Source: Diplonema japonicum (lineage: Eukaryota; Protista; Euglenozoa: Diplonemea). Taken from it: 64,000 bases of DNA. The position numbers and the translations under genes were made by a program. The notes under the pieces were generated by a model, which saw only the letters and a list, made by a program, of their open reading frames with translations, was not told the DNA's origin and ran no database searches. The stretch is from positions 124,001-188,000 of the forward strand of contig OZ025715.1 in the NCBI GenBank assembly GCA_964019335.1, given 5' to 3'. Positions 12,411 to 23,897 of this stretch are shown here, in pieces; the stretch's first letter is position 1; every line of letters starts with the position of its first letter.

Positions 12411-12547
12411 AGAAAAAAAAGGGGGTGAGAGAACCTTGTGCATACCATTTTCTTTTTTGAAAAAAAAAAAAAAACTCTTTTTTGTTTGTCCGTGAATTTC
12501 TGACCCCCCCCCCCCAGAAAAGAAGAAAGAAAGAGAGAAAAAAAGAA

Positions 12548-13630
12548 ATGGAAAGCAGTCTATACGGTCGTGGGTGGCGTATTCGGAAAATAACAGAACT
12601 CTGCAAAAAACTAGAGAGAAGCGTCCCCGCTGACATGAGCGAATCGGAGCTGAAAGCATTGGACGGGGTTCGAAAGGGACACCGTGAGGAACTGAAGCTC
12701 TTGTGTGAGACAGAAGATATGCACGTAGCAGCATATAGGAACAAACGGGAGGGGATACTGCAGCGAACCGCACAAGAGGACGAGGACAGGGTGAACACCT
12801 CGAAGAAGTATCGAAAAGGAATGCGCAAGGCTGCTGAGAACAAAGCTGCGATCGCAGAAGCCGCTGATATCAAGGCCATGAAGACCCGCCTTGCTTGGCA
12901 GGCTAGTGTCGATAAGGCAAGACTGACCCAACACAAGGCCCTTCAAGACACCTTAAAAAAAGCAGCGAAACGAGAGCTCAGACGCCACGTTGCCGACGAT
13001 ACCTTCGCAACCCTTTCGGAGCAGAAAAACCAGCAAATGCAGCAACACCGCGAAAACCAAAAACTCCGGCAGGAAACCTGCCTTCGCACGATGGAAGCCA
13101 TCCAACAACAGCAGCACGACGACAAGAGAAACACCGTTCGGTCTAGAAAAGCAGACCAGAGCCACAGGTTACGGCAGCTGAGAGAAAGCTTGCTGCCCTT
13201 CGAAAACAACGTGCAGCCGAAAAAAAAACGGGCCGCTGTCGTTCCGGATCTGGCACAAAAAAGGGAAGAGCTCGCTTGCAAAGACCTTCTAAGAGAGCTT
13301 AAAGTGATGAAACGGGACGAAAGAATCGCCGCTAAGTCACTCTGCGACAGGCAACGGAACGAAGCCCTTCAAGAGCACATTGTCGCGCAGCGAGACGGCC
13401 TGATAAAGGCAACGCACACCACTCGAGTTAACCAGCACGAGAATCGCACTAAAAAAGCTCAGGACCGTCTTTCTAAGCTACACGAGTCGCTTCTGCACAG
13501 CTTGCACCTCAAGTGCGTTGAAAACTCCTCGCGGCTGGAAAACGCTTTGTCACGCCAGTCCAACATTGTGGCTGACAAGCGATCTCTTCAACGAAATGCA
13601 GAGCTTACACACCTTGGTGTCATTATTTGA
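12548..13630 (+). CDS. hypothetical coiled-coil protein
   Basis: Long K/R/E/Q-rich ORF; first ATG after an A-rich leader. Confidence 0.65.
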   Translation: MESSLYGRGWRIRKITELCKKLERSVPADMSESELKALDGVRKGHREELKLLCETEDMHVAAYRNKREGILQRTAQEDEDRVNTSKKYRKGMRKAAENKAAIAEAADIKAMKTRLAWQASVDKARLTQHKALQDTLKKAAKRELRRHVADDTFATLSEQKNQQMQQHRENQKLRQETCLRTMEAIQQQQHDDKRNTVRSRKADQSHRLRQLRESLLPFENNVQPKKKRAAVVPDLAQKREELACKDLLRELKVMKRDERIAAKSLCDRQRNEALQEHIVAQRDGLIKATHTTRVNQHENRTKKAQDRLSKLHESLLHSLHLKCVENSSRLENALSRQSNIVADKRSLQRNAELTHLGVII

Positions 13631-13803
13631 GGGGGGGGGGGGGGGGTCTGTTAATTTGACTCGATGCTTTTTTTTTCTCTTCTGAGAAAAAAAAAAAAAA
13701 GAAACCACCATTTTCGCTTTTTTTTTTCAATTCCCTCTTAATCTCCGCTATTAGATTTACAAGCAAAACCAACAAAAAAAGAGAGGAAAAAAAAAAAAAA
13801 AAA

Positions 13804-15207
13804 ATGCCGCGTGCCCCTCAAGTCAAGCGGACCCGCACAGATGGGCCAAGGGAACTGTCTTGTTTCAAGAAGAAAATACCCGCGCTCCTCAACATCGAGG
13901 ACGAGGACACGGTGCAAAACCCGCATCCCGTAGAACAAAGAAACACACCCGAAACCATCAAACACGTGTCGCAGATAATCGTGATCGGCGAGACGGAGAC
14001 GAGCGTGTGCGAGGCTGACCAGTACGTTGCAGAGGGTGCTGGGGACATGGACCCAGCAACCCAAGACCCACACGGCGACAAATCTCAACATCAACAACAA
14101 CAAGGAGGGTACAACCCAGGAGACGGCTGCGTGGCATCACCGAAATCCATGAAAACCCTCCGCGAATCCGAAGAGACAGAACTAGAAAAAACAGCTCTTA
14201 GAGTTATCTCATACCTCGGAAAGAGCGCGGCCACAAGATTCGAACACAGCCAGCCCGACAGGGAGTGGTTGCACACCACAATGACCTTTCTCATCCAAAG
14301 CCTGATCCCTCTGACACAACAGGACCCCCGAAAGACCGGCGCTGTCATTCACCTCGAAGCTCCGGTCTGCATCATAGGCGACATCCATGGTGACTTTGAA
14401 GATTTCTACGAGCTCCTCATGCAAACAACCGTCCTTGGAGATTTCCGTTTAACAACGCACTCTTATCTATTCCTCGGTGATTATGTAGACAGAGGTGCAT
14501 GGGGTGTTGAGGTGTGCGCGTACCTTGTTGCAATGAGGTGTCTCCGTCCTCATAAAGCATGTTTGTTGCGGGGGAACCACGACGATCCTCTTATCAACGG
14601 GGCGGTCGATGATTACAAATCGGGCAGTTTTCGTTCCCAGTGTATTAGGTTTTGCGAGACGCAAGGGAAGGGGGACAAGCTGTTCATGGAATGCAACAAG
14701 CTTTTTAAAGTGCTCCCGTTGGCAGCTATTGTCGACAGGAAACTGTATTGTTGCCACGGGGGCATCCCTAGGTATTCAGGCGGCCATGATGACCGGATGG
14801 ATGTTCTGTCCTCAGACGATTTCCCTGAGTTTTCTATGGTCAATCCCAAGTGTGCGGACGGACGTTGCAAGAAACTGGAGAAGCAGTTGATGTACGCGTG
14901 GGATGTGATGTGGTCTGACCCTGCAGACTCCACTGTCCCGTGCAACGAGCATGGGTTCGGGCCGAACCTTCGCGGGGGTGCCACCATGACATATGACAGC
15001 GCAGCCTTGCGTACTTTCTTGACAAACAACAACCTGTGCTGTCTGGTCCGCGGGCACCAAGAACGCCTCAGCGGCGTGCGGCTGTCCCACGAGTCGCAGC
15101 TCTTAACCGTCTTCTCCACGTCCGGCTACTGCGGGCACAGCAACAACGCCGGTGCCGCTTTGTACACCCAAGACGGACATTTACACTACATTACAAAGTC
15201 TTTCTAA
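13804..15207 (+). CDS. Ser/Thr protein phosphatase (PPP family)
   Basis: GDIHG, GDYVDRG, RGNH, HGG, WSDP and RGHQ motifs. Confidence 0.92.
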   Translation: MPRAPQVKRTRTDGPRELSCFKKKIPALLNIEDEDTVQNPHPVEQRNTPETIKHVSQIIVIGETETSVCEADQYVAEGAGDMDPATQDPHGDKSQHQQQQGGYNPGDGCVASPKSMKTLRESEETELEKTALRVISYLGKSAATRFEHSQPDREWLHTTMTFLIQSLIPLTQQDPRKTGAVIHLEAPVCIIGDIHGDFEDFYELLMQTTVLGDFRLTTHSYLFLGDYVDRGAWGVEVCAYLVAMRCLRPHKACLLRGNHDDPLINGAVDDYKSGSFRSQCIRFCETQGKGDKLFMECNKLFKVLPLAAIVDRKLYCCHGGIPRYSGGHDDRMDVLSSDDFPEFSMVNPKCADGRCKKLEKQLMYAWDVMWSDPADSTVPCNEHGFGPNLRGGATMTYDSAALRTFLTNNNLCCLVRGHQERLSGVRLSHESQLLTVFSTSGYCGHSNNAGAALYTQDGHLHYITKSF

Positions 15208-15354
15208 GATTCCCCCTTTGTCCCTTCCCCCCAATCTCTCATTATATATATATTTTTTCTTTTTTACCCCATTCATACATACAAAATTTAAAATAAAAAA
15301 AGGGGCGAAGCTCACTTCATGCCCAATGATGATGTTGATCTTGACGGTTAGAAC

Positions 15355-17314
15355 ATGAAGTCTACTGCCTGTTCTACGTCGGCGATACTTAAAGCTTATG
15401 AAGATCAACGAGGGACGCGAAGCTCGTTTGATGAGTCTGGAGGGCAGGACGAATTGGGAGAGAGCATGTGTTCGCAGAACGACACCACTGAAAAGATTTC
15501 CGGGGTGATGCTCGGTGTAAAGGAGAAATGGCTGCGGGGTCTACTCGCGTTTGAAAAAGCAAAGAGCCAACACCTGCAAGAAAAGCTGGAAAACCTCCAA
15601 CAACACTCTTTGGAAACAATTCGAGCAAAGGACCAAACAATAGAGGATTTAAAGGAAAAAGCACAAAGCCTCGTAACAGAGTACGAACAGGCCTTGGAAG
15701 CGCTCCGACGGGCCAAAATAGAAGGCACTGATCAGCCCACTTCAAAGGTTGTCGTCAAGGAAAAAGAAAAAACGAAGAGAGATAAACTGTCCAACGTGGT
15801 TAAGGACCAGATAAGCAGAAATCGAGTTGCAACGCTTGAAAAACTGGTCGAAGAGAAAAGCCGTGTAGCAATGGAAGCTCAAGCCCTCGCAATGGAGTTC
15901 AAAACCAGAATTGAAGAGCTGGAAAACAAGGTGAACAAGGCAAACAACGCGAACGATGTGATGGAGACACGTTACTTTACGCTGCAACGAGAGTTTGATG
16001 AATACAAGGCCCATCATGAAACCATGCAGGGTGAGGGAAGCGAGAAAGATGCTGCTGTAAGAAAACGAATCGCGTCTCTCGAGAATGTCCTTAATGAGCT
16101 TCGGTCTGAGAATCAACAGCTGAAGCAAAACCTTGAGCAGACCTCAATTTTGCTCCAGGCAGCCTGCGAAAAAAGCAGCGTTCCCTTGCCGCTACCCTTG
16201 CCACCTCCTTCCCCGCCCCCTGAACGGGTGTATCCACCGCTTAAAGAACTGTTAGGCACACCTGTCATTGCGCACTTCGATCCCCCACCCCTCCCCCCTG
16301 CTGTGGCGTCTGTATCTGTGATGTGCACGATCCTCACTGATCCCAAGCCTGACCCCGAGCCTGAACCCCCCCGTGTTGTTGAGATAGTCCAAAGAGTCGA
16401 GACTGAGAAAGCAGATGTCATCAAAACAATAAAGAAGCAAGAACCGGTTCTAGCCCCCGTACAGAAGGAAGAGGTCTGCAAAAAAAAGGGGGGGGGAATC
16501 TTTTTTTCCAGATTGTGAAAACCATGGATACCGAAGAGAGTCTTGTTGAGGAGGAAGAAGCCATCAAAAAGGTGCTGAAATTGGTGAAGCGGGTTAAAGA
16601 GGAAAGCCGCAAGTTGAAATGTATGGGAGTGGGGGGGGACTTTTTTTTTCCAACCCTCACAAAGTGCCTTCCGGGAATGTCATTATGAGAATGGAGCGAA
16701 TGGTGGCAGAAATGCAGCAAAAATGGGAACTGCGAAGGCTGGACATCCTGAACGAGAGAAAAGGCGGGATGACAAAGGTAGTCAGTAACAAATAACACCC
16801 CCCCCTCCCAAAAAAATAGGTCCTGACAGTTATGGGCCTAGCTTCAGAGAACAACGACATAACCCCCTTAGAGATGTACGGATATGAAGCACAGGATAAA
16901 TGTGTGTGCGTGTGCAACTGCAGAAGATGCAGGGCACCTTTGTTTCCGGTGGAACAGCAGCACCCTTCCCCGCAATCCTCTCCTTTAGAGATGGTCATGA
17001 AACAGGCTTCTAAGCCTATCCCATTCAATCTGAGGGAGACACTAAAACCTCCTAGAGAGAGTGCCGTTCCCAGTAGGACGCTAGCACTTTTCTCATCAGA
17101 TTCATCGTACATAAAAACGTCCACGTTTTCCTTGGTGGAGCCGCGGGTGACAACTCTAGCACGTGGGAATTCGAAGCGGACGCCTACGATTAAGCCGAAA
17201 ACCGCGTCCACCGTTCAGCCTGCTCAACCCAGCAGCCCCTCGATGGCGCCAATGAGCCTCCCTTCTCTAACACCTCACATTGGCAATCCATACAAAAAGA
17301 ATGCAAAAGAATAG
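15355..17314 (+). CDS. hypothetical coiled-coil/Pro-rich protein, 4 exons (15355-16473, 16512-16620, 16665-16777, 16820-17314)
   Basis: Three GT-AG introns of 38, 44 and 42 nt give one continuous frame ending in ORF 16832-17314. Confidence 0.65.
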
Positions 17315-17358
17315 GGGGGAAGGGAAAAAAAATTGATACTTTTACAAGTACGTGGGGG

Positions 17359-17389
<31 letters not shown>

Positions 17390-17450
17390 CTTTCAAAAAA
17401 GGAAGAAGAAATTTTTCCCCTCTCCAGATGGTAGCACTCAAGCTCATGCG

Positions 17451-18302
17451 ATGCCCATGCGCACTGATAGTTTCGAGGATATCTTTGACCTTATCGACAC
17501 CCCCAGCCTTCCCGCCTCGCAACTAGAAAGGGTCTTTGCAAGGAAGAAACATGAGGTCAACGTGGGACGCAGCGAAGCTGCACGGAAGATACCGTCTGAT
17601 GAAAAGGAAATCGTGAAGTCGTTCGATGACTGCATGATGATAGAGTTTGTGGACGTCAACGTAGAAACGAAAAAACCCCCGCAGCAAAGCACAGCGGTCC
17701 AAACCAGCACGGACTGCTGCAAGATGAGAGTCAAAGAGGAAACAGAAGAATTGCAGAATAAAGTGCGGCAACTGGAAACTACCTTGGAAGAGTGGAAAAA
17801 AAAAGAGGTCGAGTTCAAAGCGAAAGATGCGGAGTGTGCAAGGCTGCGGACCATCTTGAGGTTTTCCCAACTGAAAAAGGACTCTGACAACATGAAGGCA
17901 GCTCGTTGTGCGGCTTCGGAGATGAAGAAGCGTTTGGACAACCAGCAGTTAAAAGCGAGGTTTGTCGAGAAACAACATGAGGAGTTGGTTCGGTTGCAGC
18001 AAATAGAAAGGGAGTACAGAGAGATGTGTAGAAGTGACCCCCGACCGCCCCCCGCGCCCGGCCCCCCACCGGCCGCTACCGCGGCCGCCCCCTCCACGGC
18101 CGCCCCGGCCGAAGATGTGTCCTTCGGCACCATCTGTGGCAGAATCGAAAACTGGGTACAAAAACGTGCACTTCTCGAGCAGCAGCAACAACAACAACAA
18201 CAACAACAACAAAAACGGCCGCCGAAAAAAATACGGGTAGCTTCCGCACCTCCTGGAGGCAGACGTGCCTCATTTCCTCGTGTGTCCACACCGAGAATTT
18301 AA
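17451..18302 (+). CDS. hypothetical coiled-coil protein with poly-Q
   Basis: First ATG of ORF 17352 after the polypyrimidine tract. Confidence 0.6.
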   Translation: MPMRTDSFEDIFDLIDTPSLPASQLERVFARKKHEVNVGRSEAARKIPSDEKEIVKSFDDCMMIEFVDVNVETKKPPQQSTAVQTSTDCCKMRVKEETEELQNKVRQLETTLEEWKKKEVEFKAKDAECARLRTILRFSQLKKDSDNMKAARCAASEMKKRLDNQQLKARFVEKQHEELVRLQQIEREYREMCRSDPRPPPAPGPPPAATAAAPSTAAPAEDVSFGTICGRIENWVQKRALLEQQQQQQQQQQQKRPPKKIRVASAPPGGRRASFPRVSTPRI

Positions 18303-18566
18303 TGGTTTAAAAAAAAATTGAAAATCAGAAATGATTTTTTTTTCACATACGCACCATATCCTCTCTCCTTCATATAGTATAAAGTTATTTTACCCTTTCC
18401 CCCCCCCCCCTTTCTTTTCCTTTGTGTGAATTTTTTTTTTCTTAATGAACACATACGCACACACACATATCCTTGAAACTTAGCGATTTTATTTTCTTCC
18501 CCCCCCCCCCCATCACTGCAATAAAACATTTCCCCCAGTTTCTAAGGAAAAAAAAAGAGAGAGAAG

Positions 18567-19313
18567 ATGACCACAAAACCATTCAAGTTTAAGATAATAG
18601 ACGGCGAGGGCGTTCTTGATGTGAGGAGGGTAAAGCTGCCGGACAATGTAAGCTTGGAAGTGGTGATGAAGAGGGTAGAATCGTGGTGTGGGGCAGGAAA
18701 ATGCCTGAAGTACGTGGACCAAGAAAATGACGAGGTGACCGTAGAGGAGCAAGACGAATGGGAAGAGTGCCTGAATCTGTGCGGGGGCGAACCCTTTGTG
18801 AGTTTGAAGGTAACGAATAAAAGAACACCTTGCCGCGGAAAAAAAATTCAGAACCCAATGCCGCCTTTGCCGCTGCCAGCACCACAGCCCGCTGAGCAGA
18901 AATGCCAAAACTGCACTTACGTTTCGGCAGCAGGCCATTCATTCTGCTGCAGACGATGCGCGAAGGGGAAAACGAGGCATTCCAGAGCATGTCAGAAAGC
19001 CGTTTGCTGGCCGGCTGCTCCTATGTCAATGTCGCCTCCTTCTTCTATTCAGTTGGAGAGCATCACTACATTGAACACAGTTAACACAGACACTGCCCCC
19101 CAGCACAGTGCAACATCGGCGGAGGAAACCATAGAGACTGGGTCGCATGAAGCGGTGAGGGAGACCCCACCGCCATCTCCTCCCGCGTCTCCTTATTCCG
19201 TCCAAAATAAAACTTTGATTGAAATGGGGTTCGAACCTGATCACGCAAAGCCCTTGCTTTTAATACACAACGGCGATCTGCAAAAGGTGCTGGGTGACCT
19301 CATATGCAACTGA
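18567..19313 (+). CDS. PB1 - Cys/His zinc-binding - UBA protein (p62/NBR1-like architecture)
   Basis: N-terminal DVRRV...LKYVDQENDEVTV (PB1); CQNC...HSFCCRRC...HSRAC; C-terminal LIEMGF...HNGDLQKVL (UBA). Confidence 0.75.
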   Translation: MTTKPFKFKIIDGEGVLDVRRVKLPDNVSLEVVMKRVESWCGAGKCLKYVDQENDEVTVEEQDEWEECLNLCGGEPFVSLKVTNKRTPCRGKKIQNPMPPLPLPAPQPAEQKCQNCTYVSAAGHSFCCRRCAKGKTRHSRACQKAVCWPAAPMSMSPPSSIQLESITTLNTVNTDTAPQHSATSAEETIETGSHEAVRETPPPSPPASPYSVQNKTLIEMGFEPDHAKPLLLIHNGDLQKVLGDLICN

Positions 19314-19353
19314 GACGCTGACTCCCAAAAAAGAAAAAAAAAAAAAAAAAAAG

Positions 19354-19579
19354 AAAACATGGAAAAGCCACCCCCCCCCAGAACGACACCAGAGAGCACG
19401 CAGTAGTACTACACACATCAAGGGAGGGGGGAGTAAATAAATAAAAACAAAGCCTACTTCGTCAAGCATCAGAATTGAAAGATTGTGCCGCACACGAACA
19501 CCGACAAACGTCGATGTGTGTAGTACTACTGCGTGCTCTCTGGTGTCGTTCTGGGGGGGGGGTGGCTTTTCCATGTTTT
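19354..19579. repeat. ~66-bp near-perfect inverted repeat (19354-19419 / 19513-19579)
   Basis: aaaacatggaaaagccac...cacacatc versus its reverse complement; only the C/G homopolymer length differs. Confidence 0.9.
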
Positions 19580-20099
19580 TCTCCCCTCCCTATCTATCCT
19601 GAAATGTGCCAAAAAAAAAAAAAAAAAAGAGAGAGAAGAAGAGGTGACGTTTTCTCCTGCTTTTTTTTTTCTTTCTTTCTTTTCTATCCCAATTTTTTTT
19701 TATCTAATATATTCTTGCCCTAGTAAACGCCTTCCTTGGAAGGATGACATTTTTTTTTTAAAAGCGGGGGGGAGTAATTCTAGAGAGACCAAAGCTTCCG
19801 AGAAAAAGGATGTTCTTTTTTTTTTTTTTTTTTTTTTTTTGTAATTTTTTTTGACTGATACATCTCAGTCCCCGTTATTTATGGTTAAAAAGAAAATATG
19901 AAAAAGTTGCAAAAGAAAAAAAAGGGGGGGGGTAATATGGTTGGTTTTAGTCTCTAGCAACATTCCCTCTCCCCCCCTATTTTTTGATTCTCTTATTGTT
20001 CACTCAATTCCCATAAGGGGGTCGTTTTTTTTTTTTTTTTTCAGTTTTTTTTTTAAAAAACTGTAACCACCCCCAAAAGTGCCCACAATTCACCCAAAC

Positions 20100-20290
20100 C
20101 CCCGTTTTCCCAGGGTTTTCGGCCCAGAATCATGTTTTAATTTTTAGGCCCCCCCGTTTGGTACTATCCCAGTGTAATCCTATGGACCCCTTTTTAACGT
20201 TCCCTAGGATTACACTGGGATAGTACCAAACGGGGGCCCCAAAAATTGGAACATGATTCTGGGCACTTCGAAAACCATCGGGAAACGGGG
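20100..20290. repeat. foldback palindrome; perfect 32-bp core arms 20151-20182 / 20205-20236
   Basis: cccccgtttggtactatcccagtgtaatccta ... taggattacactgggatagtaccaaacggggg, extended by imperfect outer arms. Confidence 0.9.
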
Positions 20291-20704
20291 GTGATTAAAG
20301 TTTCTTTAAGGGCCAAAATGCCCTTGGCGAAGAAGGAAGAAAAATGGCAAAAAGTGGCCCTTTTAAGGACCATATGACCTCCCCCCCCCCCCTACCCCCC
20401 CCTCTTTTTCTTCAGAAACTTTGCTTTTTTTTTCCTAAAAAATGATTTTTCATTGCCTTATGCAAACATGCAAACCTTAGCCTATAGCAAAAAAAAAAAA
20501 AAAAAAAAGAGAATTTTTTTAAAACTCGTGCGAACGCCACAAAATTTCTCTCTTTTTTTTAAATTACACCATCTTTTTCTTCTTCTTCCCCCCCCCCCCC
20601 CCTTCTCTCCTTCCCCCCCCCTTCTTCCTTCCCCCCTTGTTTACAGCGTACAAACAACTACTCAAAAGGGAGTGCGAGTTGGGAGGGGGGGGGGGGTGAC
20701 GAAA

Positions 20705-21039
20705 ATGCAGACTTTCTTCAAACGGAAGTCAAGGGCCTTCACGACAGCAACAACCCCGGTAATAGTACCCGAACCAGCACCACCGTCGAGCCCGAGCAGC
20801 TCCACCTCAAGCAACACAAGCTTAAGCGACGACAGCGTGGACCTGGCAACAACACGAAAATCCAACAAAAAAAACAAATCCCAGAAGCCCAACTATTTCT
20901 CACCATCTTCCATACACCTGCTGCGGGAAGAAGACGGCTCTATAGAGTCCATAACAAAGTGCCTCGACGACGTCCAGAGGCAGCTGAAAACACGGTACCT
21001 GTACTCATACCAACGAGAAGAAGAAGAAGAAGAAAGACG

Positions 21040-21070
<31 letters not shown>

Positions 21071-22130
21071 AAAGAAGAAGAAGAAGATCTTGCAAAGACC
21101 ATTCCCACACCAGTTGAAACCCCAATGCTGCACAACACCGAGCCCATGTTCCCACCCGAGATGCTAACAATGACCCGAATGTCCTATTCAATGACAAGAG
21201 TCGACAACCAAGCTAAACGCCACGCAGTACAAGGCCTGGACACTGTTCTCCAAGAACTAGAAAACGCCCTCGACGCCAACAAAGAGACGGTGCAAAACAG
21301 CCCGCCTTCACCCACCCACGGGATGACAAGACGGCGTTCACTCGGGGTCCCCATTCTCGGGAAGACATCTACCACATTTGATGAGTACATTACAGTGGAA
21401 GATGAGAAGGTGTCAGCCTCCGATGCCGTCGCAGCACTCGAGCACTTCCGGGAAAAATTAGAAGATGTGCTGGTGCCAGGGTCTTATAAGTACCAGGCGT
21501 GTTCGAATTCACAGGCCACGGAATCTTGTGTGTTGGNNNNNNNNNNNNNNNNNNNNNNNNNNNNNNNNNNNNNNNNNNNNNNNNNNNNNNNNNNNNNNNN
21601 NNNNNNNNNNNNNNNNNNNNNNNNNNNNNNNNNNNNNNNNNNNNNNNNNNNNNNNNNNNNNNNNNNNNNNNNNNNNNNNNNNNNNNNNNNNNNNNNNNNN
21701 NNNNNNNNNNNNNNNNNNNNNNNNNNNNNNNNNNNNAAATCGATCCGGAGGATATAACAAAACTGGTCGCGGAGGCACCTCGTAACTACAACACTCACGT
21801 GCAGGGCCTTCCTGACCTTGAGCAAGACACCCAACATCAAATCCCCACTGGAGGGGACAATGTAGACCTTACAATACTGAATGAAGTGATCACCGGCTGC
21901 GGACCGAAAGATGATGAAGACGTCGAGGTGTGCATGGAAGAAGGGGGGGAGAAGAAAAAAAAAAAAAAAATACAGTGGGTTCCCCAACAATTATTCCACC
22001 AACTCCGAGCCGACCTGCAAGCAGAAAAGGACGCACAGGTTTGAGGGAAAAAAAAAAGAGAAAAAAAAAAAAAAAAAAAAAAAAAAAACAGGACAAAGAC
22101 TCCGAAAAAGAGCCCCTTCCTAAGGATTAA
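20705..22130 (+). CDS. hypothetical protein spanning an assembly gap; 3' exon structure uncertain
   Basis: ORF from MQTFFKRK with S-rich and E/Q tracts; coding-like sequence resumes after the Ns. Confidence 0.5.
21537..21736. other. assembly gap (200 N)
   Basis: Run of Ns. Confidence 1.
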
Positions 22131-22168
22131 GAAAAAACAGAATAGATATTTTTTGTGGGAGAGGGGTG

Positions 22169-22211
<43 letters not shown>

Positions 22212-22478
22212 GAATTTAACCTCTGAGGGGATAGGGGGAAGAAGAAGAAGAATGGGGAAACGGAAATAAAAAGCAGCTTTCTTTCCACGTTCAATTTAAA
22301 AAAAATTGACACAACCCCCCCCCCCCCCCCACCCCCCCCCCCCCCCCCACTACCTTAAAATTTTTTTACCCACCCCTCTTTTTTTTTCTTTCTCCTTTAT
22401 AATGTTTACCCTTTCTGTTCCTATTCTCAATATCCCGTCCTGTTCAACTCACAAAGGAGGGGAGAGGTGGGGGAGGAA

Positions 22479-23707
22479 ATGAAGCAAACAGCAAGCATCT
22501 CCCCCACGCGTCCAAGAGACAACACAAACGAAACCGAACTGGAGAAGATGCTTGAGGAACAGCTGGCAGAGCTGAGCGAGGGCAAGCTGGCCCCCGCGGC
22601 CCCGGGAAACGATTCTGAAGAAGAACAAGGAAGCGACACCGCAGAAGTGAGAAAAAAAGTATTCCCATGCGTCGACATAGAACGGGAACGACACAGTTTT
22701 TCATCCTACTTGAAAAAAACGACGATATGTAACAAGGGAAGGCTTTCAGACAATGGTTACTGGTCACCGGATCCTGCAGACGAAGCTCCTTATCACCAAC
22801 TCGACGTAGGAAGCCCTTTGACACTCGGAGGCATAGCTGTTAAAGGCAGCAACACCTTAAAATACCACATTTCAAAACTTAAACTGACATACTCCACTAC
22901 AGGTAGAACCTGGCACAGCGTACCTGGCGAATACACAGTTGATGGTGAATCCTGTTCAGGTGAAGGGAATCCCAAACCGTTCTTAATCCCAACCCCTGCA
23001 TTCAGATGCAGATACGTAAGGGTACACCCCTTAGAATGGAAAGGCTACGCCTGTCTGCGGGTAGGGGTTTTAATGGAAGAACGCGACGCATGGGAATACG
23101 AGCGGTCCTTGGGACAGCGGGTGATGGTGGCGGAACTTCACGAACACCGTAAAAGAGAAAAAGGATACTTCACAGTAATTGAGGAGCTGAAGAAAACCGT
23201 AGCAGAGGTTGAAGTGGATCTTTCATTGCAACAAACACAGGCTCGAACCCGTGAAGAGCTAAGTTCTCTTCGTGAACGGCAGCTTTTAAACGAAGTTGAG
23301 GATTTGAAAACCCAAATTTCGGAACATAAGCAAGCGCGTGCACATCTCCACTCCCTCCTCGAGAACACGCAGTCCCATCTCCACCTTTCCCGTGAAGAGC
23401 TCTCCCTCAAGAACACTCTCACGGATATACGGGAACGAAACCGGACCCCTTCACCCTCACCCCGGCGAGGCGACCCCATCACTCCGTCTTCCGACGTTGT
23501 CCAGCTTCAAAGGAAGCTTGAAGAAGCCACTCAACACAAGCAGATGCTGCTCCGTGATATGAGACTGCTGCGGTCTGATTTGGAGTACGCGCACGAGGAG
23601 AAAAAGGTGTGCTGATCAGAAAAGGAAAAAAAAAAAAGAGAGAGAAAAGAAAACAGAAAGCCCGTGAAGATGCTGATCTCTACCAAAGCCTGCTTATCAA
23701 ACAGTAA
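22479..23707 (+). CDS. F5/8 type C (discoidin) domain + coiled-coil protein; probable intron 23607-23656
   Basis: GYWSP...YHQLDVG...GGIAVKG...LTYSTTGRTW...CRYVRVHPLEWKGYACLRVGV is a discoidin domain. Confidence 0.8.
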
Positions 23708-23897
23708 AAAACAAAACAAAACAAAACAAAAAACAAATTGTATACCTTCCCCCCCCTTTTTTTTTCTTTCCTTCTTATCCTGTTTGTATTTCATGTAACT
23801 GTTTCTTCTTTTTTTTTTTTTTTTTTGAGCGTTGCATGCGAACGTCGCTATTTTTTTTCATCACCCCAGGAACCCTCCCCCGCCCTTTGTTCTCATC

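Noticed and set aside
13804-15207. PPP phosphatase GNHD (vs GNHE) and STSGY (vs SAPNY) as a sign of inactivity
   Set aside because: All metal-binding residues are present; such variants occur in divergent PPP subfamilies.
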